Source of the DNA: an uncultured Methanosarcinales archaeon
Lineage (GTDB): Archaea; Nanobdellota; Nanobdellia; Woesearchaeales; GW2011-AR9
Direction of reading: 5' to 3'
DNA: 32,448 nt
NCBI GenBank assembly: GCA_964582035.1
Contig: CAZOPZ010000004.1
Location: forward strand, 1-32,448
Part shown: one piece after another, positions 7,773 to 16,397 of the stretch
Layout: the number at the start of each line of letters is the position of its first letter
How positions within the stretch are numbered: the stretch's first letter is position 1
The notes under the pieces: generated by a model
Databases searched by the model: none
What the model saw: only the letters and a program-made list of their open reading frames with translations
Told to the model about the DNA's origin: nothing
Position numbers and translations under genes: made by a program

Positions 7773-8933
7773 TCATCCTCTGGGGTCTTCGATCCGGTTC
7801 ATAAAGAGAAGCGCGCCCGTGCTATAATCGATAACGGCTTCTAAGAAAGGCCTATCAACGACAAATTCAATGGGGTTTCGGGGGAGAGAAACACTCCTAA
7901 GACTCACTGCAAAGCCGGTCGCCGCTGCCCCTTCTGAGCCCTCTTCATCTGTTTTAAAATAGGTCTGATGAACCCCGCTACTCACAAACAAAGGCCCCGG
8001 CCCCATGTTTTGGAATTCTGCTCGAGAATCGTCAAACATGCGCTCGATTCCCAGGGCCCGGAGGGGTGCTTGGAGATCAAACTTTCCTTTGACTTCATGC
8101 TTGGGTATTTCCAGCCGGGCAAATTTTTCCGAGCTAAGCTCTGTTATGATATCCCACAGGCTCGTGTGGCTTTCAGAGAAATCAGTTTCTAAGCCCCTTA
8201 TACTAGATCCTTTAGGCGGTAAGAAGATCAGGGTTGCCAAGTGCTTCCCTTGGTACGGGAGCAGTACTGCTTGCACCCCATCAAATTCTTTATAGCAAAA
8301 CGTAGGGAGGCCCCGGGGAGAATCAATACTGCCCTTCCTCATCATATCGACGTGCACCTTTTCTCCGCTCGAGAGCGTGAAGTCCTGTTTTTGCGTATAT
8401 TTGGGGTCGAATCTGTTATCCCACTGCGCTTTGAAATACAAAGCGTTGGCAAGAACGAGTCGGGTTAAAGATTCAATAGAACCTGCAGGGAACAATTCAG
8501 GGATTTTCCCCTCAGTTTTTCTTCCGATCCAAGCGTTTATGCCGGCTCTCTCTTTTTCAGGATTTCCGGTAAAATCGGCAGCGGCGACCTCGGCTCGGTA
8601 ATTGTCTTGTACCGTCTGTTTGAACTTTGGGTGTATCGGATATTGTTCAGCGATCCAGAGGCCGTTCGCACACCGTATCGTATGGGGAACATGTGTGGCA
8701 TTTAAGGCATCGGTGAGTTCTCGGATGCCTTTTTCTCGTATGGAAAAATCATTAGGGAGATGAGCTACTCCAGAAAGTTGTCGGGCAGTTTCTCCCTTTG
8801 CTCCCTCATAGAGCATGCCTAAAGCAACCCGGATGCTGGTTGGCGAGATAGAAAGGTTCCCTTCTCCGAGCTGGGACAGTAAAGAAAGTCCAAATGGAAT
8901 ATCCCCATATGTAACGGTGTTATCGTGCAGCAT
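7773..8933 (-). CDS. Serpin (inhibitory type); no N-terminal signal peptide evident
   Basis: The hinge and reactive-centre loop read EEGSEGAAATGFAVSLRSVSLP, followed by FVVDRPFL. The 386-aa length is typical for a serpin. A TTTATAAA box lies about 30 nt upstream. Confidence 0.9.
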   Translation of the reverse strand: MLHDNTVTYGDIPFGLSLLSQLGEGNLSISPTSIRVALGMLYEGAKGETARQLSGVAHLPNDFSIREKGIRELTDALNATHVPHTIRCANGLWIAEQYPIHPKFKQTVQDNYRAEVAAADFTGNPEKERAGINAWIGRKTEGKIPELFPAGSIESLTRLVLANALYFKAQWDNRFDPKYTQKQDFTLSSGEKVHVDMMRKGSIDSPRGLPTFCYKEFDGVQAVLLPYQGKHLATLIFLPPKGSSIRGLETDFSESHTSLWDIITELSSEKFARLEIPKHEVKGKFDLQAPLRALGIERMFDDSRAEFQNMGPGPLFVSSGVHQTYFKTDEEGSEGAAATGFAVSLRSVSLPRNPIEFVVDRPFLEAVIDYSTGALLFMNRIEDPRG

Positions 8934-9051
8934 GTTGCTCTTTTTTTCTCACCCCTTTATAAACATTTCTTACCGGTAGTCCTGTTTCACCTTTTTTCAC
9001 TTCCCAGTTAAAGCTAACATTTAAAAGAAAGTGAGGCTATTATCCTCAATC

Positions 9052-9465
9052 ATGGCTGTCTTAACTGCGGATTGGGCGCCTTTGGCGCTTCGCCTGGCGC
9101 TGGGGGTCATCTTCATCGCCCATGGCTATCCGAAGCTGAAGAATGTTAAAAGCACTGCCCAATGGCTGGCTTCATCCGGCTTTAAACCCGGCAAATTTTG
9201 GGCTTTAGTGCTAGGCTTTTCCGAATTCTTCGGCGGGTTTGCATTGCTTATCGGCTTCTTTTCCCGGCTCGCGGCAGTTGCGCTGATCATCAGCATGTCC
9301 GTCGCCACGTTTCTAAAAATTTTCAAATGGAAAACTCCGTTTACGGCGATGGACAAGATGGGCTGGGAATTTGATGTGCTCCTCTTGGCAGCTTTAGTGG
9401 CTCTATTCTTGCTCGGTTCTGGAGCACTGTCGATTGATCAGTTGTTGGGATGGAAATGGGGGTAA
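9052..9465 (+). CDS. DoxX-family membrane protein
   Basis: IAHGYPKL motif and four hydrophobic helices. ATG 9052 lies 29 nt downstream of CATTTAAAAG. Confidence 0.8.
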   Translation: MAVLTADWAPLALRLALGVIFIAHGYPKLKNVKSTAQWLASSGFKPGKFWALVLGFSEFFGGFALLIGFFSRLAAVALIISMSVATFLKIFKWKTPFTAMDKMGWEFDVLLLAALVALFLLGSGALSIDQLLGWKWG

Positions 9466-9583
9466 GCAATTAGGTTTTTTATTTCACGCTACCCATTGAA
9501 GAAATTCTTTTCCAATCGTATTCCGGGGGAATGAAACAAATCGGGTATACGATGAAGTAAACTTTTTTCTTGAGAAAGCGAGT

Positions 9584-9670
9584 AGCGGAGGGTGGATTTG
9601 AACCACCGACCTCTGGGTTTCTAACCATTGTTATGAGCCCAGCGGGCACTCCTAGCTGCCCTACTCCGCT
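9584..9670 (-). tRNA. tRNA-Met(CAU), initiator-type, with a 13-nt intron at position 37/38 (intron 9619-9631)
   Basis: Hand-folded cloverleaf: AGCGGAG/CTCCGCT acceptor (A1:U72), GGGC/GCCC D stem, CTGGG-CTCATA[ACAATGGTTAGAA]A-CCCAG anticodon arm with three G:C pairs next to the loop, GGTGG-TTCAAAT-CCACC T arm, discriminator A. A TTTTTAAA box lies 28 nt upstream. CCA is not encoded. Confidence 0.85.
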
Positions 9671-9694
9671 GTACTCTTCAAGAAAAGAAGGTGA

Positions 9695-9702
9695 TTTAAA
9701 AA
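9695..9702 (-). promoter_or_regulatory. TATA box for tRNA-iMet
   Basis: The minus strand reads TTTTTAAA, centred 28 nt upstream of the tRNA 5' end (9670). Confidence 0.6.
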
Positions 9703-9721
9703 GGTTTAGGAGAAGAACCGA

Positions 9722-10126
9722 TTAGAACTCGCTGCGGCTTCGCATTTCATATTCTCCTGCATAACGCCATACTTCTTCTGCCAAAGGCTTAATAGTATCC
9801 AGTATACTATCGCCATACTCTTTTTGCAAATGCTGTTTTATGAGAGCGCTTCCAGAAGAAGTGATTTTCAGATGCTGATAATCACTGGTGTATACCACAA
9901 GGTGCCCGAGGAGAAAATACAGCGTCGCGTCGAAATCGTTGGTCTTTCCGCCCATTTCAGTTCCTCTAGGCCGAAAGAGATTCTGAAACCGTTTCTGGGT
10001 CTTTGAAAGTTCTCGAAAACCGTGCTCTAATGCCTCTTCTTTAAAACAGGGATCTCCAAGCTTTAGGAGTATAACTGCTCGAACAATCTCCCCCAGAGTC
10101 ATTCTATTTTCTAGTGAGCCGTCCAT
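9722..10126 (-). CDS. Hypothetical protein (134 aa)
   Basis: ORF with an ATG 29 nt from the shared TATA element. No family was recognised. Confidence 0.55.
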   Translation of the reverse strand: MDGSLENRMTLGEIVRAVILLKLGDPCFKEEALEHGFRELSKTQKRFQNLFRPRGTEMGGKTNDFDATLYFLLGHLVVYTSDYQHLKITSSGSALIKQHLQKEYGDSILDTIKPLAEEVWRYAGEYEMRSRSEF

Positions 10127-10150
10127 GGATCAGAAAGTTAGAGCTAAACC

Positions 10151-10160
10151 TTTATATATT
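10151..10160. promoter_or_regulatory. Single AT-palindromic TATA element shared by two divergent genes
   Basis: TTTATATATT is centred at about 10155. The minus-strand ATG at 10126 is 29 nt away and the plus-strand ATG at 10182 is 27 nt away. Confidence 0.5.
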
Positions 10161-10181
10161 TTTCTTAATCTCTTCCTCACC

Positions 10182-11102
10182 ATGAAAAAGAGGGAAGTTC
10201 GCCGCAGTAAAGCTATTCCTATCATTCTTACCGTTGTTGCCGGTTTCATTGTCCTGTTTATTCTCCTTCCGCTCAGCTTCAGCCTCTTCGATGGCTCGAA
10301 GTTTGGCAATGTGGCGCTCATCCCTCTGGAAGGCGTCATTACGTCCAATGGCGGGAAGATGCTGGGTGAAGTGACCGTTTCCTCTGCAGATATCATCCAA
10401 TTTGTAGAGGATGCAGATGAAAATCCGCAGATTAAAGCCATCGTTCTGGAAATAAACTCGCCGGGCGGCTCTGCCGTTGCTTCCGATGAAATTGCTACGG
10501 CAGTGAAGAAAGCAGAAAAGCCCGTTATCGCCCTGATTCGCGAAGTGGGCGCTTCCGGCGGCTATTGGGTAGCATCTGCTGCAGATTATGTCGTTGCCAA
10601 TAGAATGTCTATTACCGGGAGTATTGGAGTTATTTCATCCTATCTGGAGTTCAGCGGCCTGATGGAAGACTATGGCGTGGGCTATGAGCAGCTGACCGCA
10701 GGCAAGTACAAAGACATGGGCGTGCCGTACCGCAAGCTGCAGGACGAAGAGAAAAGCATTTTCCAAAGCAAGCTCAATACTATCCATCGCTTTTTCAAAG
10801 AAGAGATTGCTGAAAACAGAAAACTGAGCGACGACGCCGTCGAACAGCTCGCTACCGGAGAATTTTTTTTTTTTTTTTAAGCGCTTTCTTTTGGCTTGGT
10901 CGACGAGCTGGGCGATAAAACTGCAGTTGAAGAATATCTGAAAAACGTGCATGGGCTGGAGAGCGTGGATTATGTGGAATATCGCCGGGAAGTGGGCTTT
11001 TTTGAGCTGTTCTCTGGCGTTTTTTCCGACTTTTCATTCAGCATAGGAGAGGGCTTTGCATCCCTGCTGTTGCGTTCGCCAAAGGGCATACTGCTGACCT
11101 GA
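10182..11102 (+). pseudogene. sppA: Signal peptide peptidase SppA (36K type), interrupted by an in-frame TAA after a T16 tract
   Basis: N-terminal transmembrane helix, Ser nucleophile in GASGGYW, GSIGV, Lys in AGKYKD. The codons GAA TTT x5 TAA at 10860-10880 are followed, in the same frame, by ALSFGLVDELGDK, the conserved SppA C-terminal motif. Confidence 0.8.
10863..10878 (+). repeat. T16 homopolymer inside sppA
   Basis: Counted directly from the sequence. It is followed by AA, which creates a TAA stop in the sppA frame. Confidence 0.95.
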
Positions 11103-11121
11103 AATAAGCATCCCTCAAGCT

Positions 11122-14100
11122 ATGTATCCTCTGACCTACGAAAAAAGAGAAGTGGCGTTTTTTGTAGCAGTGCTGCTCTTCGTGCTCGGCCTCAGCAGCA
11201 TCATATTTCTTACTGGTGGCAGCATTACCGGAGCAGTCGTGGGCGCTTCTGCAACAGGCCCGGCAGCAGGACTCTCTGCGGCCGATAGTGATCGCATTGC
11301 CGAAGATGTCCTTGACGAGCGTGTTCTGGAAACTGTTGCAGACGAAGAGGAAGCGTCTGTCATCGTCGTCCTGAAAAGCAGTGCTTCTTCCGATTCGGAA
11401 GCGGTACGAGAACAGCAAGCGGCAGTGTTGGAAACCTTAAGCCCGGAAGAGAAAACGCTGTTCGGCTTTACTATTCAGGAAAAAGAGTTTACCGTCGAGC
11501 AGCAATATGCCACCCTGCCCGCCTTTGCCGGAATGGTTACGGAAGCCGGCTTGGAGGAATTGGCTAAGAATCCCGCAGTTGAGAAAGTGGTTCTGAATGA
11601 GATACAGCATATTTTTTTGGATACTTCCGTGCCGCTCATTGAAGCACCGAAAGTGTGGAATATAACGGTCAATGGCACCGCTATCACTGGTGATGGGGAA
11701 ACGGTTTGTGTTATAGATACGGGTGTTGATTACACGCACCCTGCAATGGGTGGCTCTCTGGGCGTAAAAGTTCTGGGCGGCTATGATTTTGTGAATGATG
11801 ATGCCGACCCGATGGACGATCACGGGCATGGGACGCATGTCGCGGGCATTGCGGCTTCCACAGATGCGACGTACAAAGGCGTCGCTCCCGAAGCAAAGAT
11901 TGCTGCGGTAAAAGTCTGTAATTCTCAGGGTGCTTGTGCCGATGCGGATGTTCTGGCCGGGATGGACTGGTGTATTTACAATGCGACTCTCTACAACATT
12001 TCCGCAATCAGCATAAGCCTGGGCGGCGGGCAATATAGCTCATCCTGTGATGCAGATGATAGTTTTATCTCTTATGCTCAAGTTATCAATGCCGCAGTAG
12101 GAAAGAATATCAGTGTTGTTGCGGCCACGGGAAATAGTGGTGCAGGCGGTATAGCCGGCCCGGCCTGTGTTAAAAATGCTACGAAAGTAACAGCTTCGAC
12201 AGATGGTGATACCATTGCTTCATTTGCCTCTCGCCATCAGAACTTTCCGGAGATCCTCGCTGCGCCGGGGTCGTCCATCATCTCTTTAAAAAAAGGGGGT
12301 GGGGTGACAATACCCCCCTGGTCCGGTACTTCTATGTCTACTCCTCACGTTTCCGGCGCCATTGCCTTGCTCCGGCAGTACTGGCGCCTGGCGTACGGAA
12401 TAGTGCCGACACCGGAGCAACTGGCCACGAAGCTTCGCCTTACCGGCGTTCCCATTGCTGATGGCAGTACTGGCGCAACGTTCTCTCGCATTGCCATTTT
12501 GGAAGCTGTTCAGCCGTACCTTAATTTCACCGCAGAAACGCCGCAGAACGGCACAGTGCTGAATAGCACTCCTGCACCGAATAGTACTGCTGTGTCGAGT
12601 ACACCTGCACTGATTATAGTCGCAGTGACTGCTGATGTTCCTTTAAGCTCTGCACTCTTAGAGTGGCAGTATCCCAATGGGACCGTGCAGAATCAGACCA
12701 TGGCTGCTCTTGACGAGGAACAGAAATGGTTCTCGCTCAATCTCTCGCTGCTTGAGGAAGGGCTACATGCATATCGCGTGTATGGCAGCGATGCTGTCGG
12801 GACTACGGGAAAGACCAGCTTACGGATGCTCCAACTGGCAGGAAATAGTTCCGGGAATAGCTCGGAGAATAGCTCTTCACCGCTCCCCACGTCATTATCT
12901 CTGCAACTGACATCACCGCTCAACAATTCCCGGTTTGGCAGAGCAGTAATATCTTTCAATGCCACGGTGAATGCTTCTCAGCCCGTTTCCAGCGTAAAAT
13001 TTGTGGTTACAAACGTGTCTTTGAATGAGACAATGAACATAACACTCTTTGCCTCTTCGTTCGATAATATCAGCTGGAATGCCTCTCTGGACGTGCTGCT
13101 GTTGAGCGATGGTGATCATTCGGTTATGGCGTTCGTCAACGATACAACGGGGCGAGAGAATCAGAGCACTGCCAGCAATTTTACCATTGATAGAACCAGC
13201 CCGATATTCAGTGATGTACAGGCCGATGCTACGGAGAATGCCAGCATCATCACTTTTTCTCTCGATGAAGCGGCGAATGCGAGTATCGTGTACTGGCCGG
13301 CATTGGCTGAGAGCCTTTTCGTCGGAAATGCCTCTTTTTCAACGGTGCACACTTTTTTCCTGACGGCCCTAAACTCTTCAACACTCTATTCTTACAATCT
13401 CACGGCCTGCGACGGCTTTAGCAATTGCCGGACGGCTGGTGTATATACTTTTACGACTCTAGCCCTGAACGTGAGCAACCAAACGGGGCTGCCGGGAAAC
13501 GAGAGCGGACTGCCGGAGAATAATTCGTCAAATTCCTCACCAGACAACTCTTCGGGGAACAACAACTCTTCAAATGACTCGTCAAATAATTCTTCCAACA
13601 GTGATGGAAGCAGCGATGAGAACAATAGCGATGATAGCTCCGCCAATAACTCTTCTAGCTCGTCAGGAAGCTCTGGCTCTTCGGGCAGCAGTGCTGGTGG
13701 TGGCGGCAGCAGTTCTTCTGGTTCAGAAACGGAGAGTGCTTCTGAGCCCGTTCCTGAAGAAAGCTCAAATTCTTTAACGACGGCCGCAGTTGCTGACGAG
13801 AGCCCCGAGCCGTCGGTTGAAGAAGTTCCCGAGCCCGTCGAAGAGCTTCCGGAAGTGGCAACGGGATCTGCTGAACAGGTCATACAGCTGAACGTCGGCG
13901 AAATAACGGAAGTTGCTTTTACTGATGCGCTGATCCCGATTAGAAAGCTGATTGTAGAAGGGAGAACTGCGAAAGACGTGACGATTTCCGTCGAGAATCT
14001 GAATGCGCTGCCGGAAGGTGTTCTGGCTCTTGAAAATGCGTATCAATATCTGGAGATGAAAGGCTTGGCCAGCAGCGATTTTAGCGGTGCCCAGGCGCAA

Positions 14101-14469
14101 TTTGTGGTGCAGAAATCCTGGCAGGAAGAGCAGGCTGCAGCTGGCCGCGTGGTAGTCCTCTTGGTGCATGAAGACGATGGCTGGCAGCCTTTGTCGACGA
14201 AGCGGATAGGAACGCAGGATGATGCCGTGCTGTATGAAGCTGAAGTGCCGCATTTCTCGCTCTTTGCCATTGGTGTAAAAGAAAAAGGAGGTTTCTTAGT
14301 GGGTGGAGCGATTGCGAATCTCTTTTCCGGAGCATCATCAGGCAGCGCCGTCATTGTCGGGTTTTTCCTCCTGGTACTGCTGGGCAGCGGCATTCTTTTG
14401 GTGATTCTCAGAAAGCGCTCTAAAACGGCTGAAAGCAATGAAGATGAGCGGCTGCTCCGATTTGAATAG
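11122..14469 (+). CDS. Membrane-anchored S8 subtilisin-like serine protease. Domains: N-terminal signal or anchor, I9-like propeptide, catalytic domain, sequon-rich repeats, Ser/Asn/Gly linker, PGF-pre-PGF-like domain and a C-terminal transmembrane helix.
   Basis: Catalytic triad motifs VIDTGVD, HGHGTHVAG and SGTSMSTPHVSG. Dozens of N-x-S/T sequons. The segment LYEAEVPHFSLFAIGVKE precedes a C-terminal transmembrane helix and an RKRSK stop-transfer sequence. The gene starts 20 nt after the sppA stop with no promoter of its own. Confidence 0.9.
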   Translation: MYPLTYEKREVAFFVAVLLFVLGLSSIIFLTGGSITGAVVGASATGPAAGLSAADSDRIAEDVLDERVLETVADEEEASVIVVLKSSASSDSEAVREQQAAVLETLSPEEKTLFGFTIQEKEFTVEQQYATLPAFAGMVTEAGLEELAKNPAVEKVVLNEIQHIFLDTSVPLIEAPKVWNITVNGTAITGDGETVCVIDTGVDYTHPAMGGSLGVKVLGGYDFVNDDADPMDDHGHGTHVAGIAASTDATYKGVAPEAKIAAVKVCNSQGACADADVLAGMDWCIYNATLYNISAISISLGGGQYSSSCDADDSFISYAQVINAAVGKNISVVAATGNSGAGGIAGPACVKNATKVTASTDGDTIASFASRHQNFPEILAAPGSSIISLKKGGGVTIPPWSGTSMSTPHVSGAIALLRQYWRLAYGIVPTPEQLATKLRLTGVPIADGSTGATFSRIAILEAVQPYLNFTAETPQNGTVLNSTPAPNSTAVSSTPALIIVAVTADVPLSSALLEWQYPNGTVQNQTMAALDEEQKWFSLNLSLLEEGLHAYRVYGSDAVGTTGKTSLRMLQLAGNSSGNSSENSSSPLPTSLSLQLTSPLNNSRFGRAVISFNATVNASQPVSSVKFVVTNVSLNETMNITLFASSFDNISWNASLDVLLLSDGDHSVMAFVNDTTGRENQSTASNFTIDRTSPIFSDVQADATENASIITFSLDEAANASIVYWPALAESLFVGNASFSTVHTFFLTALNSSTLYSYNLTACDGFSNCRTAGVYTFTTLALNVSNQTGLPGNESGLPENNSSNSSPDNSSGNNNSSNDSSNNSSNSDGSSDENNSDDSSANNSSSSSGSSGSSGSSAGGGGSSSSGSETESASEPVPEESSNSLTTAAVADESPEPSVEEVPEPVEELPEVATGSAEQVIQLNVGEITEVAFTDALIPIRKLIVEGRTAKDVTISVENLNALPEGVLALENAYQYLEMKGLASSDFSGAQAQFVVQKSWQEEQAAAGRVVVLLVHEDDGWQPLSTKRIGTQDDAVLYEAEVPHFSLFAIGVKEKGGFLVGGAIANLFSGASSGSAVIVGFFLLVLLGSGILLVILRKRSKTAESNEDERLLRFE
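13510..13725 (+). repeat. Low-complexity Ser/Asn/Gly/Asp-coding tract within the S8 protease
   Basis: It encodes NNSSNSSPDNSSGNNNSSNDSSNNSSNSDGSSDENNSDDSSANNSSSSSGSSGSSGSSAGGGGSSSSGS. Confidence 0.8.
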
Positions 14470-14514
14470 CTGGCCTTAAAGTGTTAAGCGTTATTAAAAT
14501 TTTGTTCACTCTCT

Positions 14515-15135
14515 TCAGAATTTGACCAGAGGCAGCGGATCAAGGATGTGCACAAGCAATGGATCACTTCTTTGCATGTAGCCGTCAATCATATCAAGAT
14601 TCTGCGCATAATGCCTGATGAACATTTCATCCATGCGCTGCAGATGCAAGTGCGGAGCCCAGCCGCCATTCACCTGCGTTTCTCCCACGGTGCCCAGGAT
14701 CGTTCCTGCTGCATAGGTTTCTCCGACGTTCAGAGGGATATCATGCCGCAAGTGGCCGTAAATGAAATACTGTTGTGATTCCAAAGATCGAATTAAAACC
14801 CGCCCGCCCCAGCCGCCATAATTCTCCTGGTCGAGCATGATGTGCTCTACACGAGAGCGCTCGAGCAAAGCGGTTTCCGTTGCCACGGGAACCGCGAAGT
14901 CGATGCCGAGATGAATGAACAATTGCTGCTCTTTTTGGTAGTGATTTTTCCAGAGATAGGAGCGGTCTTCGAGGAAGCCGCCGAAACTATAATCCGCTCC
15001 CCGCTGGTGATGCAGCGACTCAATCCACGCGAGCTTTGCCGCCGCATCAGTGAAATCAAGGCTGGCGCTCTTGGATTCCTCGTTAAGATTGAGGCATATC
15101 CATCTTCCGGGTAGAAGGTGAGGGAATAGGTTCAT
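14515..15135 (-). CDS. M23-family metallopeptidase (LytM/lysostaphin-like)
   Basis: IHLGIDFAV (HxxxD), YGHL and PHLHLQ (HxH). The start is uncertain. ATG 15135 is preferred because the minus-strand ATTTATAA box (15168-15177) lies too close to ATG 15156 and to the track's TTG 15267. Confidence 0.75.
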   Translation of the reverse strand: MNLFPHLLPGRWICLNLNEESKSASLDFTDAAAKLAWIESLHHQRGADYSFGGFLEDRSYLWKNHYQKEQQLFIHLGIDFAVPVATETALLERSRVEHIMLDQENYGGWGGRVLIRSLESQQYFIYGHLRHDIPLNVGETYAAGTILGTVGETQVNGGWAPHLHLQRMDEMFIRHYAQNLDMIDGYMQRSDPLLVHILDPLPLVKF

Positions 15136-15358
15136 CTTTGGGACAAGAACTTCCATTTTTATCGGGGTTATAAATATTTCTTGACCAGAGGTGATCTTGG
15201 GGAATGGTAGTGGAGGTTTGCTGTCAGAAGCTGCCACTGGTTTGGGGAGCAGTAGTGCGGTTTTCAAGATATCTTCCTTTTTTTTGGGCTTTGCATTTAT
15301 TACTTATTTTATATCTATTTAAGTAAGATTTATAAATAGTTTATACTTTTAGTAACAA

Positions 15359-16018
15359 ATGATAATGTACAACCCTTCTGACCAAGAACTCAGTAACGAA
15401 CGCCTGAAAGAAGCAGAAAAGCTTTTAGCCCAGATTCCCGCCAAATACTGCTTTATTAGCGGCTCTTTCCTCTACAAAGAAAAATATAAAGACATTGATC
15501 TTTTTATTATCACGAGATCAAAAAAAGAAATATCTGTCAAAAATCCCCAAGCAAAAATAACGCGTATCGACTTCAATGATTTATATTCCCTTTTTTATCA
15601 TTCCATCTCTAAAAGCTGTGTTGCCAAGACTTTTCTTCCCCAGAAACCGCTCAAAGTTACTCTTGCCGACTATTGGCAGGTTATTAACGAGGCTGTTCCG
15701 ATGTTGCTCAACCAAAAAAGCCGCTTTCATAAAGATGTTCGATCTCTTATTTTGTATACTGAATATTTCAAAACCGGCGAAATACTGGACACTTTTCAGT
15801 TAAGCGCAAAAATCAATTCTTTTAAAGGGTACCAAGAAGTGCTTCAGTACGTTAAACAAGAGCTACCGGCGATAGTAGCAGGAGAGGCCAAGCCATCCTA
15901 TATCAAACGTTTTTTTTATACGCAGGCCGGTTCCTACAAGAAACTCCGCGACTATGCTGCACAAAACTTTTTATATGGATTAACGCATGCCGTTGCAAAA
16001 GGCATAGCGCATGGCTAA
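15359..16018 (+). CDS. Minimal nucleotidyltransferase (Pol-beta superfamily) with a helical C-terminal domain
   Basis: The ISGSFLYKEKYKDIDLFII motif fits G-S...D-x-D. The gene is AT-rich. A TTTATAAATA box lies 25 nt upstream. The stop overlaps the next ATG (ATGGCTAA). Confidence 0.6.
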   Translation: MIMYNPSDQELSNERLKEAEKLLAQIPAKYCFISGSFLYKEKYKDIDLFIITRSKKEISVKNPQAKITRIDFNDLYSLFYHSISKSCVAKTFLPQKPLKVTLADYWQVINEAVPMLLNQKSRFHKDVRSLILYTEYFKTGEILDTFQLSAKINSFKGYQEVLQYVKQELPAIVAGEAKPSYIKRFFYTQAGSYKKLRDYAAQNFLYGLTHAVAKGIAHG

Positions 16019-16391
16019 ACCGAAAGAATTCAAACAGAGAATAGAAGCGCTTCTTTCCCAAGAATATGCAGTCGAATTTTTGGGAAAAAATTTTGCTCCT
16101 GTTGTCAAGCTTCTTACGGAGAATAAAGCAGAAAAGATCTATTGGTGGGTTACGGATGTTGTCGACAAAAAGATTCAACCCATTGCCATTAGCTCGAAAA
16201 AGATGTACAAACATTGGATTGTAAACGAGCTGCTGACTTTTCGCTATCCATTCAGCATCGGAAACACGGAATATCGGATTCTGTTGGTGAAAGTCAAGAA
16301 TTCAATTTATATTGAATTTCATCTTGGAGATCATAAGTATTATGACAAAGTGCGCAAAGACCTTGACTTGAAGAAGAGCAACTATGATTAG
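16011..16391 (+). CDS. Possible archaeal RelE/ParE-superfamily toxin-like protein with a ~60-aa N-terminal extension
   Basis: The C-terminal NTEYRILLVKVKNSIYIEFHLGDHKYYDK resembles the archaeal RelE pattern GDYRVIY...I.IL...RG.AYK. The gene is translationally coupled to the upstream nucleotidyltransferase by an 8-nt overlap. Confidence 0.4.
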   Translation: MAKPKEFKQRIEALLSQEYAVEFLGKNFAPVVKLLTENKAEKIYWWVTDVVDKKIQPIAISSKKMYKHWIVNELLTFRYPFSIGNTEYRILLVKVKNSIYIEFHLGDHKYYDKVRKDLDLKKSNYD

Positions 16392-16397
16392 GAGTGT

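Noticed and set aside
10878-10880. TAA in sppA as evidence for stop-codon reassignment
   Set aside because: TAA, TAG and TGA all terminate well-supported genes in this window at the expected protein ends (for example nreA TAA, hpt TAG, xerA TGA). The lesion is local.
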